Below, piece after piece: positions 8,728 through 20,600 of a stretch of DNA of 29,991 nt. The position numbers and the translations under genes were made by a program. The stretch's first letter is position 1; each line of letters starts with the position of its first letter. The notes under the pieces were generated by a model. The model was given only the letters and a program-made list of their open reading frames with translations, had not been told where the DNA came from and made no database searches. Origin of the DNA: Psammoneis japonica. Lineage: Eukaryota. The stretch is from contig QPGO01000181.1 of the NCBI GenBank assembly GCA_008632985.1, forward strand, positions 124,001 to 153,991, read 5' to 3'.

Positions 8728-10206
8728 TTAAGCACTGAACGAAGTGGCTTCAAGACACAAACGCAGGCAAGTATTTCGGCAGTAACAGGTAACAGCCTCG
8801 CGGCCCGCGCAGCCGACATCATCTTCGTCATTCCACCTCGCAATGGAATTCCATATCTCAGAAAACACCATCCAAGTTTCAGGGTCGTGTCTTTTCAATT
8901 GTCCATTCGTGAAGGGAAAAAACTTGTTGCAATGCGAGAAGCGACCAGTGTGGACATCGCGTTGTTCAGACGAGTTCCGTAACCGGCGAAGCACGCTGAG
9001 GTACCTCGGAGAACACCAGAAATCTTCTTTCTTCTTCACATTATCTGCACCCGCTGCATCATTGGGAATTCTATGGCCATGCAAAATCGAGTAACCTCTC
9101 CGGTGCATCCGTTCTACAACATCAGGGGATGTTAGCGGGGGAGAAGCCCGTTTCATACACGACCCATCCTCGTCATCCAGATTGTGATAACCATCGCTTA
9201 GGTATGTCACAGACAACTCGGCGAAAAACTCCTTGTGATTGACCATAGCATAAGCTTCAGTGCAATTTTACAAAAACGGTGAGCAGTGAGAATTTCCAGT
9301 CACTCGTCAACAAGACGGCCAAGAACGGTTGTGAGCTGGCCACTTACCCACATCATTCTCGCAGTCCAACCCTGCCCAGTCTCGCCTTACCGAAAAAATA
9401 GTCCGAAAACATAGAATGATGAAAAACCACAACAGCACAGGAAAGAAAATAACCACACATCCTTGGAGAGCAACGCACCGGAGAGTCCGGTCGTAAAGAC
9501 CGCTGGCTTTCGCTCTCTCGTAGGCATCCTTGACAACAGCGTTGTCCAAACCATCTGGTAGCACTTTTTGGTGCACCAAGTGGCAAATCTCGTGGAGGAT
9601 AAGACCACATCCCTACGACAACGTTTCGAATCGGTGACAAAGTGAAACTCTTCGTGAGCGCAACGCGAATGAACACTGTTGTGGACTAAGTCTTGCTCCT
9701 CACCTGCCAGTGGTTACGCATCGACCGGTACTCAAAACAATTATAGATTTCAATCCCATTCACTTTCTCTGGCTTGTCGCGGGCCCTTGATTTTTGGATA
9801 AAAAAATACCTGTGATTTTGAGAACGCGCGATAATCCGAAGAGTCGTCAAACGAACGATACGACAACGCACCAAAGCAGCCATCCTTCGTGGTGATGTGC
9901 AATCGTGTGGTTGACACGTCGAGGATTTACCCGCGGTCCATAACAATACTTAGCATTTATCCAGATGTTTGTACGCCCCACAAGACGATGCACCGATGAA
10001 GGCAAAATGCCCAAGCAGGCAGACAAATCAGCGTTGAGATCACCGAGGATGAATGGACATCGCAACAATACATCTGGGCGGCACCGCGTTTGAACACCGC
10101 AACGAAGCTTTATGGGTATGTATGTGAGCCCTGAGTTGTTAATGAGAGAGCAAAATTGCTGTGACTTTTCCGTCATATGGATGTCATTCTCAAAATTCAT
10201 TGCCAT
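8728..10206 (-). CDS. Five-exon zincin-type (HExxH) metallopeptidase-like protein; start codon uncertain
   Basis: GT-AG introns 9786-9871, 9613-9703, 9386-9478 and 9255-9347 splice in frame to give ...HHHEGWLLWARDKPEK...HWQGCGLILHEICHLVH...YDRTLRRDWAG...AYAMVNHKEFFAELS...FFPF...LKRHDP (HExxH plus a downstream Glu ligand). Confidence 0.8.
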
Positions 10207-10391
10207 GAAAGCCAAGCAGCGCAGCACGACAGGACGGCAGCGAGTGCAATTGGAAACAAAAAACTCTTTGTACAGTATGGGGGACGTCTTCGGAAGTGAG
10301 ACTGTCGAAGAAAGTTACGTAGAATTTGTACTAAAACAGTCTGTCAATCAGTGCGATTGGGTATTTGGGACCTCTGGACAGATCCTACGTG

Positions 10392-10617
10392 NNNNNNNNN
10401 NNNNNNNNNNNNNNNNNNNNNNNNNNNNNNNNNNNNNNNNNNNNNNNNNNNNNNNNNNNNNNNNNNNNNNNNNNNNNNNNNNNNNNNNNNNNNNNNNNNN
10501 NNNNNNNNNNNNNNNNNNNNNNNNNNNNNNNNNNNNNNNNNNNNNNNNNNNNNNNNNNNNNNNNNNNNNNNNNNNNNNNNNNNNNNNNNNNNNNNNNNNN
10601 NNNNNNNNNNNNNNNNN
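10392..10617. other. Assembly gap (226 N)
   Basis: Run of N. Confidence 1.
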
Positions 10618-12217
10618 AAAAAGAAATTTTACACTGTCTAGCGTGTCGGTTCGTTGGTGCTCCAAATTGTGGGCTGTTGTGAACTCTTGGCGGCAAAGCC
10701 AATCTTCGTGTCTTTTTCCAAATCCTGGTGTTGAGATGTGTTTTCATCCCAGGTGAGAAACGCGCACACGGAGGTGAGACGTTTCATCTGTCCCTTTTCC
10801 GTCACCGTGCTTTTTGTGCGAGCAAATCTGACTGGACTTTCCCCCGATTTTTCGTTTCTTCTTTCCACAGACATGTTTATTTTGAAAAGCCAGCCGTCAT
10901 TCTCATTGGTTGAAGGGTGCGCACAAGAAAAGCGCTGTCTCGAAAGCGGCATTTTTTGGAGTGAAACTGACAGCCATCTGCTCGTTGTTGTTATTCTGGT
11001 GCATTTGAGAGACTATTCTACTGTTTCTTTCACCGAATCTGACTACTTTGAAAGAATGTACGCATTGTTCATTGTATAAAGAGCTCATGCCAAAAAAGAA
11101 CGGCATTCTAACTCTGTCATTTGCATAAGAAAAATCGGGGGAACTGACTTCGCACGTGATTTTTTTGCGCGATCGGCCATTTCAAAGATCGACTGATTTG
11201 TCGACCTGTGTGGGATGCTTGAGTGAACAAAACAATAGGATTGAAATAGCAGCGTCAAAGTTCAATGTGTGTCTGGTTATTATGTGATTTGACATGCCCA
11301 AGTAGAGTTAAAGATGAAATGTTGACAAAATTTCACCGCTCAAAATGACTAGTTCTATCTTAGAATAAAATAAAATGGCTACAACACTGAGATGTCGCTA
11401 ATGGCATTGTTCTACTTTACAATAATGAAACTATCACACTTGCATCTGAGATTCTTTATCCTCACACACCCTCAAAACCGAACACATGACAATTCTCTTG
11501 TCGGCAGCGAAATCTGATTTTGTCGCGCGACCCAAAAGCGTCGTCCATAACGACTCAAAGTGCGGACGACACATTACAAGAATCACAGCAACGTGTCATA
11601 GAAACATTCTTCGTTGTCAGTATCCGGTGTCAAGTAGATGGAGCAGCGCGTTGATGAGAATCCTACTTCGCAAGCTGAGGAAGAGAGAAAGAGGCATCAA
11701 AAATGTCATGAGTCAAAAGGCTGTCCACAAGGCACAACAAAAAACAAAGATCAAATTTTCAACCACATCATCGCACTGAGCGTTGTCTTGTTGACCTGTC
11801 TCGGCATTCTTACCTTCTCAGTCACAACATCCGTTGGTGTAAGAATGGACGAGTTCATGGCGACGGCATGGTGCCATTTTCGGTTTGCGCGAATTGTGGT
11901 TTGTGGTTCGAGACATGGAAAAATATATTTTTGCTGTCATGGAGCTCGTTTTTTACTAAGATTTTTGGCACTAAATGTACGTCTCATGTAGAAACACCTA
12001 GAAAACCTCGTGATGTGTCCAAAAGTTTCTCACCTAGGATGAAAACACATCTTGAATCAACGTGGGGCCACTTGATTGTTCGCATTTGCAGCGCTTCCAT
12101 TGAGGTCGAGTGCCCGAGATCACTTTTTAATCCAACACCCAGTCCGGATCTGTCAAAGAACATCCATTCTCAATTCGTCGTCTGTCCGAGAACCCGTCAA
12201 TTGGGGCAAGTGATGAG
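10618..12217 (-). repeat. Repeat A2 of the YR element (10618-10734 + 12056-12217), split by a MITE
   Basis: After MITE removal, 279 bp align without gaps to 19978-20256. Confidence 0.9.
10735..12051. mobile_element. 1317-bp non-autonomous DNA transposon with 27-bp TIRs and TTGA target duplication
   Basis: TIRs GATGTGTTTTCATCC(C/T)AGGTGAGAAAC at 10735-10761 and 12025-12051 (26/27); TTGA on both sides; the empty site is visible at 20091-20094. Confidence 0.95.
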
Positions 12218-12481
12218 GTTCCCTAGAGTGCAACTCCAACTTGTCAAAGGATGGTGGTGGCCATGATGTCTCCACCCACACTGGGCGCTAAGGTGCCCAC
12301 AGAACACACACTCTAGTGTCAAGGGCTAAACGAGTCTAGCAGTTCAGGGTTTGAACTCTTAAACCCCAAATTGCTGGACTCGAGCTGGTCCTTGTGGTCG
12401 AGCGGCTCGGTCGACACCTCCACCTCCCCCCATGCCGCGTTGCCTCCACAGGAAACCCCTCACTCATTGCCCCCCAAGCGT

Positions 12482-13960
12482 TCACATGGAGAACAGTGTG
12501 ATCACGATGCGGTCCCGTAGGGTCCACTTGTGACACATCACATCAATTGGTTCCCCGCGGCGACTACGACGCCAGTGGGCATGTTCACAAATTTGGTCCT
12601 GCGTGGCCTTGCGATGCTGGCCAGAGTGTGCGCGAGACACGTGGGACCGAGCACCACGTCGGTGGCAATGCAGGGACCAGAGCTTATCAGGGATGGAGTT
12701 GCCCGGCAAACTGTTGAAGGCTCGGAGGAAAGGGTCGCCGGCACGGCATTGAGACTCCAGTGCAGGCCACAAATGCATCTTCCGGCAGTGTTCGGAGGAC
12801 CACTGAGAGCCATCCGAATGGGAAAACATGAGGGTCTGGCTGTGTGGCCAATCGTCCGAACCTAAGCCGTGCGACTGGTGTGTATGCCGGAACCACTTGC
12901 CAGGCTGGAAGCCTGCAAACGTGCGGTGAGACAAGACCACATCCGCCAGTAAATCGCGTCGTCCCTTCGTTTCCAACCCCAGGTTCAAGGTGAGAACACC
13001 ACAGCCCCGCGGCAAGTCCACGGAGAGGGCTTTGGAAGGGGGGATGACGGTCGCATCCTCAAAGGACCGTCCAAAGAGCTCACCGGAACGGAGCCATCCA
13101 AGCCAGAAGATGGTGCGCCGAAGCGCCGGAGAGGCAGAGGCACAGCAACGGCGGTCCAGGTCGTAATCGAGCCACACAACGTGCCGCTCGAGAAGGGCCA
13201 CGGAGGGTTTGGTCTCGTTTCCCAAATGAGCACCCATGCCAGTGGCAAACAATTGAGCACCAAGGTCGTCGGTGGTCCTGCACGGGATGTGCAGGAGCCG
13301 ATTTTTGTCCATGACAGCAGCACCGGGGCGTGCGATCATCATGTCCCATGCGAAAAACTGCGAAGCTGCGCTGCGCAATTGTCGCACCGTCCCAAAGGAG
13401 ACGGGCTCCCCTTTCTTCCCTGGGCGGAGGCCACACTGTTCCTGAGCCCACAGCAAGGTCACCTCGGGTCCATCAGGGGGCCGGGACAGTGGAGTCGTCT
13501 TCAAAATGGGGACTTGAAATGTGGACTCGAATTTGCGCAGAGCATTGAGTTTTTGTTGGCACTGGGCGTGTGTCCCAGATGACCAGGCGTGAGCCACATC
13601 AAGGACCCACATCTGTTCCAGCGCCATGAGCCACCAATCTCCAGACAACGTGAGTTCTCGATCCAAAACGCTCCAGACTGTACACTTCTCGGAAATGAAA
13701 TGTGCCCATTGCCAGATCTTGGAGGGCAACTTGAGTCCACCGGCATGCTTCCGTGGTGTTGTAAATGGTGGCCCAGCCTTGAAGCACCCAGGGTGGTGGC
13801 ACACCCCACACGGTGAACATTGTGCACCGGAACTGAACAAAAAGCCGGTCCCTGCAAAAGAACACGTCACCAACGGGTCACGAGTGGAGGCTCCGCGGTG
13901 GCAGCCCGCGCAGTGTGTCAGCCTGTTTCTCATGCCACAGAACCGTTCCTGCTGGGGCAT
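12482..13960 (-). pseudogene. Tyrosine recombinase of the YR element, with an N-terminal Cys/His-rich finger; putative catalytic Tyr replaced by Cys
   Basis: LGWLRSGELF (Arg I), ETKG, SLHCHRRGA (HxxR), HAHW, and DVM-C at the expected Tyr position (12533-12535); overlaps the pol 3' end in another frame. Confidence 0.85.
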
Positions 13961-16900
13961 GTGGCTCCACCCTGTGAGTTGAAACAGATGGCAAGGTGCG
14001 ACGGTGAGGGCCAAGATGCAGGACAACAATGGGGATTGGCAAACTCGGTGGATGCACGAGGGGCGTCCACGGGTCTTGGGGAAATGTCGTCGGCAGCTCT
14101 TGGATGCACCGCGACAGCCCATGCCAGAAGGCAGGAACAACCCGCGGTACAAAGAGCAGCGCGGACGTTGTGAGAGGGCACTCAGCACACGCCGTGAGGA
14201 GGAAAGTAAGCAGCTGTCGTGCAATTTCCGGAGGCGGGAACCACACAGCAAGTCGGTCGAACACATGCCGGGCTGTCCATGCAGCATTCCACTCCTGAAA
14301 ATGCCAAGAGTCGTGCCGGAGGGTGCTAGCAAACTCACTTGCCAAGGTAGGGTCAGGGATCAAGGGTTCAAAAATCGCCGCATTGAGCTGGCTCTGGTCC
14401 TCGAGTTCATGCAGGACACTGGCCCAAACCCCGCGGCTCAACCCATCCATCATCTGCCGGATCATGACAACCCCCGGCACATGCACCACTTGAAGGCTGC
14501 AGCCCAACTCAAGCTCAATGATCCGAATTTGCTCAATCAGAGCGTGCAGCCCCGGCGATGATGAAGTGCCGGATGCCGCCACCCAGTGCGTCACAAGGTT
14601 GTCGGTGAAGTAGAAAACAGTCACGCCCTGGACGTCCCAAGATGGCAACGTATGCAGGTGTGTGAGGGTCAGGAGGAGAGTCTTCAGCTCCTTCCAGTTG
14701 GACGAGAAATGGTGCACTACAGGGCTCCATTGACTCATCCACATCCGCAGGGACTGGTCCCTGGGCCCCAGTGTCCCCCCAGCCCCGGTGCCGCTTCCGT
14801 CACCCCATGTCGGGAGCAGGGTCGCAGAGCGCACCGAATGGGCAGTCCGCCCCTGACCACTGCGCAAGCACGCTTCCCACCAGCTCAGGTCTCGGAGTAC
14901 GTCTGGAGTCAGTCGGGCCCTCGTACAGTGCGGATCGGCCCCAGTTCCTGATCCCGGGGGATGCACCAACGAGTGAAGCCTCCGCAGGTGAGTGTGCCCC
15001 AGTCAGAGTGGAGTGGCATCCGACAGGGATTCCAAGGTCCCAGAGAGCACCGACAGGGCGAGTCGAGAATGTTCCCAAGTCGGTCCGAGAGATGGGACGT
15101 GCTGCATCACAGCCAACCCCCACTCTTGTTTATCCCTCAGAATCACCAACGTGGGGATCCCCGTTGTGTCGAACAGGAATCTGCAGCACTTCGCCACTTG
15201 GGATGGCGGGTGACATTTCAGAGGATGGCACAAAAGTCCAACATCCATTGCCACATCAAAGAAGAAGCTAAGAGCCTCGCAGGCGCTCTCGTGCGTCGGT
15301 CCATGAATCGCGAAGTCGTCCACAAAGACCCATGTCTTGATTCCCGGGAGGCCGTCCCGTCGCATCAGGACCAGACCATGTCCCAACTTCGGATCGTAGG
15401 TCTCGGTGCACGACAGCTCGGTCCACCAACTGTTGACCCGGGGAGCATCACCAAAGAGCCGGGACGCGCTCTCTCTGAGCTTCCTCACAAAGGCATTCCC
15501 ATGCCGTCCACCTAGGGCCGGGCAATTCCCGCCCCCCACAGGCAGACCTAGCCAATCCAGTAATTCCTGGCTCAACGGATGCATCAACCCGAGCCACGGT
15601 CTGTCGTTTGGGTGCATGGTGAACTGATGGAAAAACTTAGAAGCATCGACCACTGCTGTGTAGCCGCCTTGGCACATTTCATCCAGAATGTGCGTGACCC
15701 GGGGAAGGAATGCTGGATCATTCCCCACCACTTCATTTTGGCCACCACTTCGCATGTCGGCAATCACTCTCCATTCACCCGGTTGCCCCGGTTTGGGGAC
15801 GCAGAACAAAGGCGTTGTCGCCAGAACCGCTGAAGGATCAGGCAACTCATCCACGAATTGCGTGGCGATCTGGAGCTGCTCTTCATCCATTGGCGAGTTC
15901 GGCGTCATCTTGGACTCCGGTGGTTGTAGGAAGTTCATGCGGCTCCCCTCTCGCAAATCGTCCCAATGTTCGGGGGGGAATTCCCACCACAACACCTGCA
16001 AGTGGTGTAGATCGGGACCCACATCATCGTAGTTGTTTCTGTGTCTCTCCAGGGCAACCATCCCTTGACTGATCATGTCTTCGCATCTCTCACGCGGGCA
16101 CCATTCCACCGCACAGAGTAGGTTCTCCAGTCGCTGCAGGTGCCAAACCCCGCCCTCGGAGAGATCCGGCGGTGTCCACTTGAATTCACCATGATCCGCA
16201 TCATCCGACCCATTCCCCGATTCCTCGGGTCGAGCTGAGATGGGTTCGCTAGGTTTTGCAAGCCGGAGGGTGGGCCATCGTTCCGATTCCGGCTCCAACG
16301 TGAAGCTCCTTCCCACATGCTCCCAGTGGAACACGCTTGTGGTCGATCCAGCATCTGTGTGGGCCTCAGGGATGTGCCAGTCCTTGGGAACTCCCAGTCC
16401 ACGCCCAAGCTCCTCCCGAGTGAGACGTCGAACTCGCTTGGGGGTACGAATCCAGGCTCCCGCCTTTACAGGCATGGGCTCTGTCGCCGCTTCATGGATC
16501 CGGGCCCCGCGTGGGATCTCACCTTTGACTCGTCGGACGAGACCTTCGGGCGTGAGTAGGTTGCTCATAGCCCGGGGTCGGGTGCCTCTGTGCAGCGCAT
16601 CCCAAGTCCAGCGAGTCGCACACGGCTTAGCTACTCGCGCGACTAGGAGTCGGCTCTGGTCCATTGCTCCACCCACTTCGGCCGCCGCTACTCGCCGGAA
16701 CCGAGATTCATATCCCAGTCTGGCCCAGCGTGTGCGGGCGGCTTTTCCTGTGGGTCCGTTTTCCCAGGTGATCGCATGTGCTTGCCAGCTTTCTAAGACT
16801 GCCTTCGGGTGAGAGCCTGGGGAGGTAGCGTCCACTAGTTCTTCCCAACGTTCAGAACAAGGTAGTTTCCGTGGTGCACGGATGAACCCCCGCTCCACCA

Positions 16901-17276
16901 CCAGCAAGTCTACTGGATTCTGCGCCAAGAGGCACGTCTTGACCCTGGGGCCAGTGACTGTCACCACCGCATCTGACTTGGGTCCAACGGGATCTCCTTG
17001 CCGGCGGACACACAGCTTTTGCTCCAGCCTTGGCCACGCGACCTTCATGGTCTCAGCACCACACTTGAAGGCACCGTATGACTTGATCCACGCAAGTACT
17101 TTCCTGGGTGGAGGCGCACTCCGCATCTCCATCCCCTCTACAGTCGGGTCCTCAACATCCTGGACACTCTCGGTGTGGACACCTTGAGGTCCGGTTCCAT
17201 CGTCGCTTGTTTCCAGGGCTGACGGATAGTGGATCCAGTCGCGCCCGGCTTCCAGCAATCTCTCCTCCAGTGCCAT
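13878..17276 (-). pseudogene. Pol of the YR element: C5-MTase-like domain - RT - RNase H - Dam-like MT remnant (one in-frame TGA at 15003)
   Basis: RT: PLFCVPKPGQPGEWRVIADM, VDASKFFHQF, LPVG, FVDD. RNase H: GDGSG, SNWKEL, FTDN, HVPG, DGLSR. MT: VWFPPP...LLFVP. ORFs 15003-17366 and 13878-14969 share a frame. Confidence 0.9.
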
Positions 17277-17478
17277 CGTGCAGGATCTATCCACCGCGAT
17301 TACAAGAGTCCGCACACTAATCGTAAGCTTACCTAGTGTGCAGGAGGTCAAGCAGGGAGTGAGCAATCGGGGTGCCTAATAGGATGTACACTGTGCGACG
17401 CGAGGAGGAGCGGCATGGCGTGACAATTGGTTCTTGGGCCGGATAATCCAGGCCCAGTGTTCGCTCCGATTCCGAAGC

Positions 17479-19933
17479 CTATTCCATGTTCAGTTTGGAG
17501 GTGCGTATCTCGGCGATGATGGCCTCGAGATCGCCGTCGGGGTCCTCCTCAAGGCACTTGGTAAGCTCGGCACACGCGGCCTTGACCTTGTCGAGGGTGC
17601 AGTTGGTCTTTGTCACCCCCCTCAGAAGCTTTCTGGCTTGTGATGCCGGGAGATCCTTGGCGGGGCAGTTAGCGCGTCCCTCACCGTGAAGATTGGTTCG
17701 GTGACACACAGCGCACCTGCGGGAGGAGCCCGTGGACGCACTGTTGTGGGATCCAGGTTGGTTAACTGCCGCTCGGAGACTCTGCATCTGATCAAACAGG
17801 TCATCATAGATTTCCTCATGGCGGAAGCGGTGTTGATGATGCGCTTCACAGAGACAAACATGGCACGACAGGATGTGGGATCGGAAATTGGGAGCAAGCA
17901 TTCGAGTGAGCCTGAGTTTTTTGGCATGGTGCTTGACCACACTCTCGGCCCACCCGTCTTTGTACTCCACCTCCCCCTCTTCAGAGTGTGGGGATTCCCG
18001 GGCCAGAGACAATAGAGCCAGACAGCATTCGTGCGTCTTCTGAAGGACTCGAGGTAGAAGCCCGCACCGCAAGTGGTCCTCGATGAACCGGAGCGAGTGT
18101 CGTCGCTCGTAGAGAAAGGCCCGGAACCGGTTGTTCTGAGCCGGCCAGAGCTTCTCCCATGCCTTGGAGACTTCCTTCGTGATCCGCATGAGGTCGGACC
18201 GGTTCTTGATCAACCCCAGAGTGTTTGAATGCTTGGTCTGCCAGGTGCTGTCATGTCCGGTCCGGCTCCGCTCGAGCACACCCAGATGTTTCAAGAGAGC
18301 CACCACAAGCTCCTCCTCGCTGGGTGTGTTTTCAAAGAAATCGGCACTGTACATGCCTGGCAACGCCGTCACATCCACACTCTGATTCAGAAACTCTGCC
18401 CGATCTCTCGCATCCAGCCCCGGTGGGCACAGCAGCTGTTCCACTGCCATCACATTCGAAACTGCTTCGCCAAAGATCTTGGTGGTGTCTCCAATCGACG
18501 GGTCATTGCCCCAATGTTCCGCATTGAGCTGGTGCATCTCCGCAAGGCCGTCCTCATCCGCCATGACCGGAGCGGCGGTCGAGGGTAGAGCCAGTTGCTC
18601 TCGCCCCTGAAATTCCCGTGGATGGTGCAGGTGCGGTCGGTTTAGCCATGGGAGGCACTGGTGACGGAACTCGGGACACCAGGGGAGGTGCTTCCTCCCA
18701 CCACCGTGTAGCCTCGTCACGAGTGGCGAAGGTTCGCACATGTCGGAACCCCCGGCTCAAGGCCAAGGCCACATTCGCGTCAGAGGTGCAGACATGCCGC
18801 TCATGTGAACCGTGCTCGAAGCCATGCCACCGTTCTCCTGGCATTGTGGGTCGACGACGCTGCCACTCTTCTGCTTCTCGTCGAGTGGGGAACGTGGCGC
18901 GCAAGATGGCGCCCACTCCAAGCCAGTGTTCCAAGTCCTCGCGAGCATTGCAAATGCGCCGAGTCTAGTCTGGTTCACTCAACCCACACCAAAGGGGTTC
19001 GGGCCCTGGCAGTGACGGTCGAGATGCAATTGGAGGAGGTGGTGGATTGGCAGCAATGGGATTGGTGCCAGGCCCTGGGAAAGACATCCCGGGGCCAGTG
19101 GCCCCCTGCCCAGAGAGGTCATTCCGAGCTTCAACCGGACATGTCCCAGTTGAAGTCGAAGCCGCAACGGGGGATGCTGCCTGTCGTGACAGATTGTCTG
19201 TCTGCGGAGTGACCGGTGACAGCAGGTGCTCAGTCGTGATCGGCGGGTCGTGCAAATCAGTCCCGCCGAAGGTCACCTGCCTCTGTTCTTGGCGGTTTCC
19301 CCCCCCTCGGATCTCATTGAGCTCCTGCTGAAGGTTCCGGTCCAGATCCGCCATGGCTCGACAGAGCGGAGTGGCACCGGTGAAGGACTCATCGTTGGCA
19401 GTTGCCGCTGACTCTTCGTCCGGCTCTCGATCGTCCAGGAGAGCCTTGGCCACGCGCGACATCTCGTCGTTTTTGGCCGTGACCCGCGAGTCTCGCTCTT
19501 CATGGGTCAATCCCATCCGGAGTCGGTCCAGTCGGCCGTCAACCACGTCCCTGTGCCGTCCACTGGCATTGGGGAACCTCTCATAGAACCAAGGGGGGGC
19601 CCGGTGGGCTGTCTCCTGCGACTTCTTATGGTGCCCACGACGTGTACATCCGTCGCGGGTTGCCCCGCAGATGCAGCAAATCGTCTGCCCACGCTCCTTG
19701 CGGGTCATGTAGACCCGGCACAGGTTGTCCGGAGCAAGGTCAACCAGGTCAGAGGGGGCAACCAGATCATCTTGGAGGGTTGCACTTCCCACCGACGAGG
19801 TCTCAGAGAGTTGTTCGTCCTCGACAGCACCGTCGTCCGCGTCATCCGTGTCCAAGTTGACGGTTTCAGGCCCAGAGACCAAGACACCGGTCATGGTGGA
19901 AGAGTCTGATGGGCTGCCATCGATGCGCGTCAT
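17479..19933 (-). pseudogene. ORF1 (gag-like) of the YR element, frameshifted; two RNase H1 N-terminal (hybrid-binding)-like repeats and Zn-finger-like motifs
   Basis: Pieces 18965-19933, 18554-18934 and 17479-18741; W.G....R.....TFPTRREAEEW and WHG...TFATRDEATRW; N-terminal C..CxC..C..H and C-terminal CAVCHRTNLHGEGRANC. Confidence 0.7.
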
Positions 19934-19977
19934 GGCATTGTAGCCGCCAGGCAGATGGCAGTCCAATTCCCCCCTGC

Positions 19978-20256
19978 AAAAAGAAATTTTACACTGTCCA
20001 GCGTGTCGGTTCGTTGGTGCTCCAAATTGTGGGCTGTTGTGAACTCTTGGCGGCAAAGCCAATCTTCGTGTCTTTTTCCAAATCCTGGTGTTGAATCAAC
20101 GTGGGGCCACTTGATTGTTCGCATTTGTAGCACTTCCATTGAGGTCGAGTGCCCGAGATCACTTTTTAATCCAATGCCCAGTCCGGATCTGTCAAAGAAC
20201 ATCCGTTCTCAATTCGTCGTCTGTCCGAGAACCCGTCAATTAGGGTGAGTGATGAG
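19978..20256 (-). repeat. Repeat A1 (5' terminus) of the YR element
   Basis: Direct repeat of A2; similarity stops after ...gtgatgag at 20256/12217. Confidence 0.9.
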
Positions 20257-20600
20257 TTTTCTTGTGCGTGCAAATTGCACTGGAAAAACCCCCAAACGCA
20301 CTGGCGATCAGACCGCCTTCAACGATCTCACTTCCAAAGACGCCCCCCAAGTAGCCTCTATCCCGCGTGATGAGTTCGTGCACGTGTGGGCACGAACGCA
20401 GAAGTTCGTGCCCCTGGGGGCACGAACGACGCCCTGGTAGAATTCGTGCCGAGTTTTACGTGAAAGGACACATCGTCTCCCATTGACAACATCAAAACAA
20501 GCGACACGCCTCTTGTGAAACAAGATGATGTTCCTGACTACTGCCATTGCTCTGGTGGTCGAAAAGATAATTTCATCACTGCTACAATTATGTGTGACTG

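Larger units (their letters stand above)
10618..20256 (-). mobile_element. Tyrosine-recombinase retrotransposon (DIRS order, PAT-like split direct repeats); 3' end runs into the gap
   Basis: ORF1(gag-like), RT-RNaseH-MT and YR on the minus strand; the 5' terminal sequence 19978-20256 is repeated in direct orientation downstream of YR, after a unique segment 12218-12481. Confidence 0.9.

Noticed and set aside
10112..10756. ORFs spanning the N run
   Set aside because: Artefacts of translating through the assembly gap.
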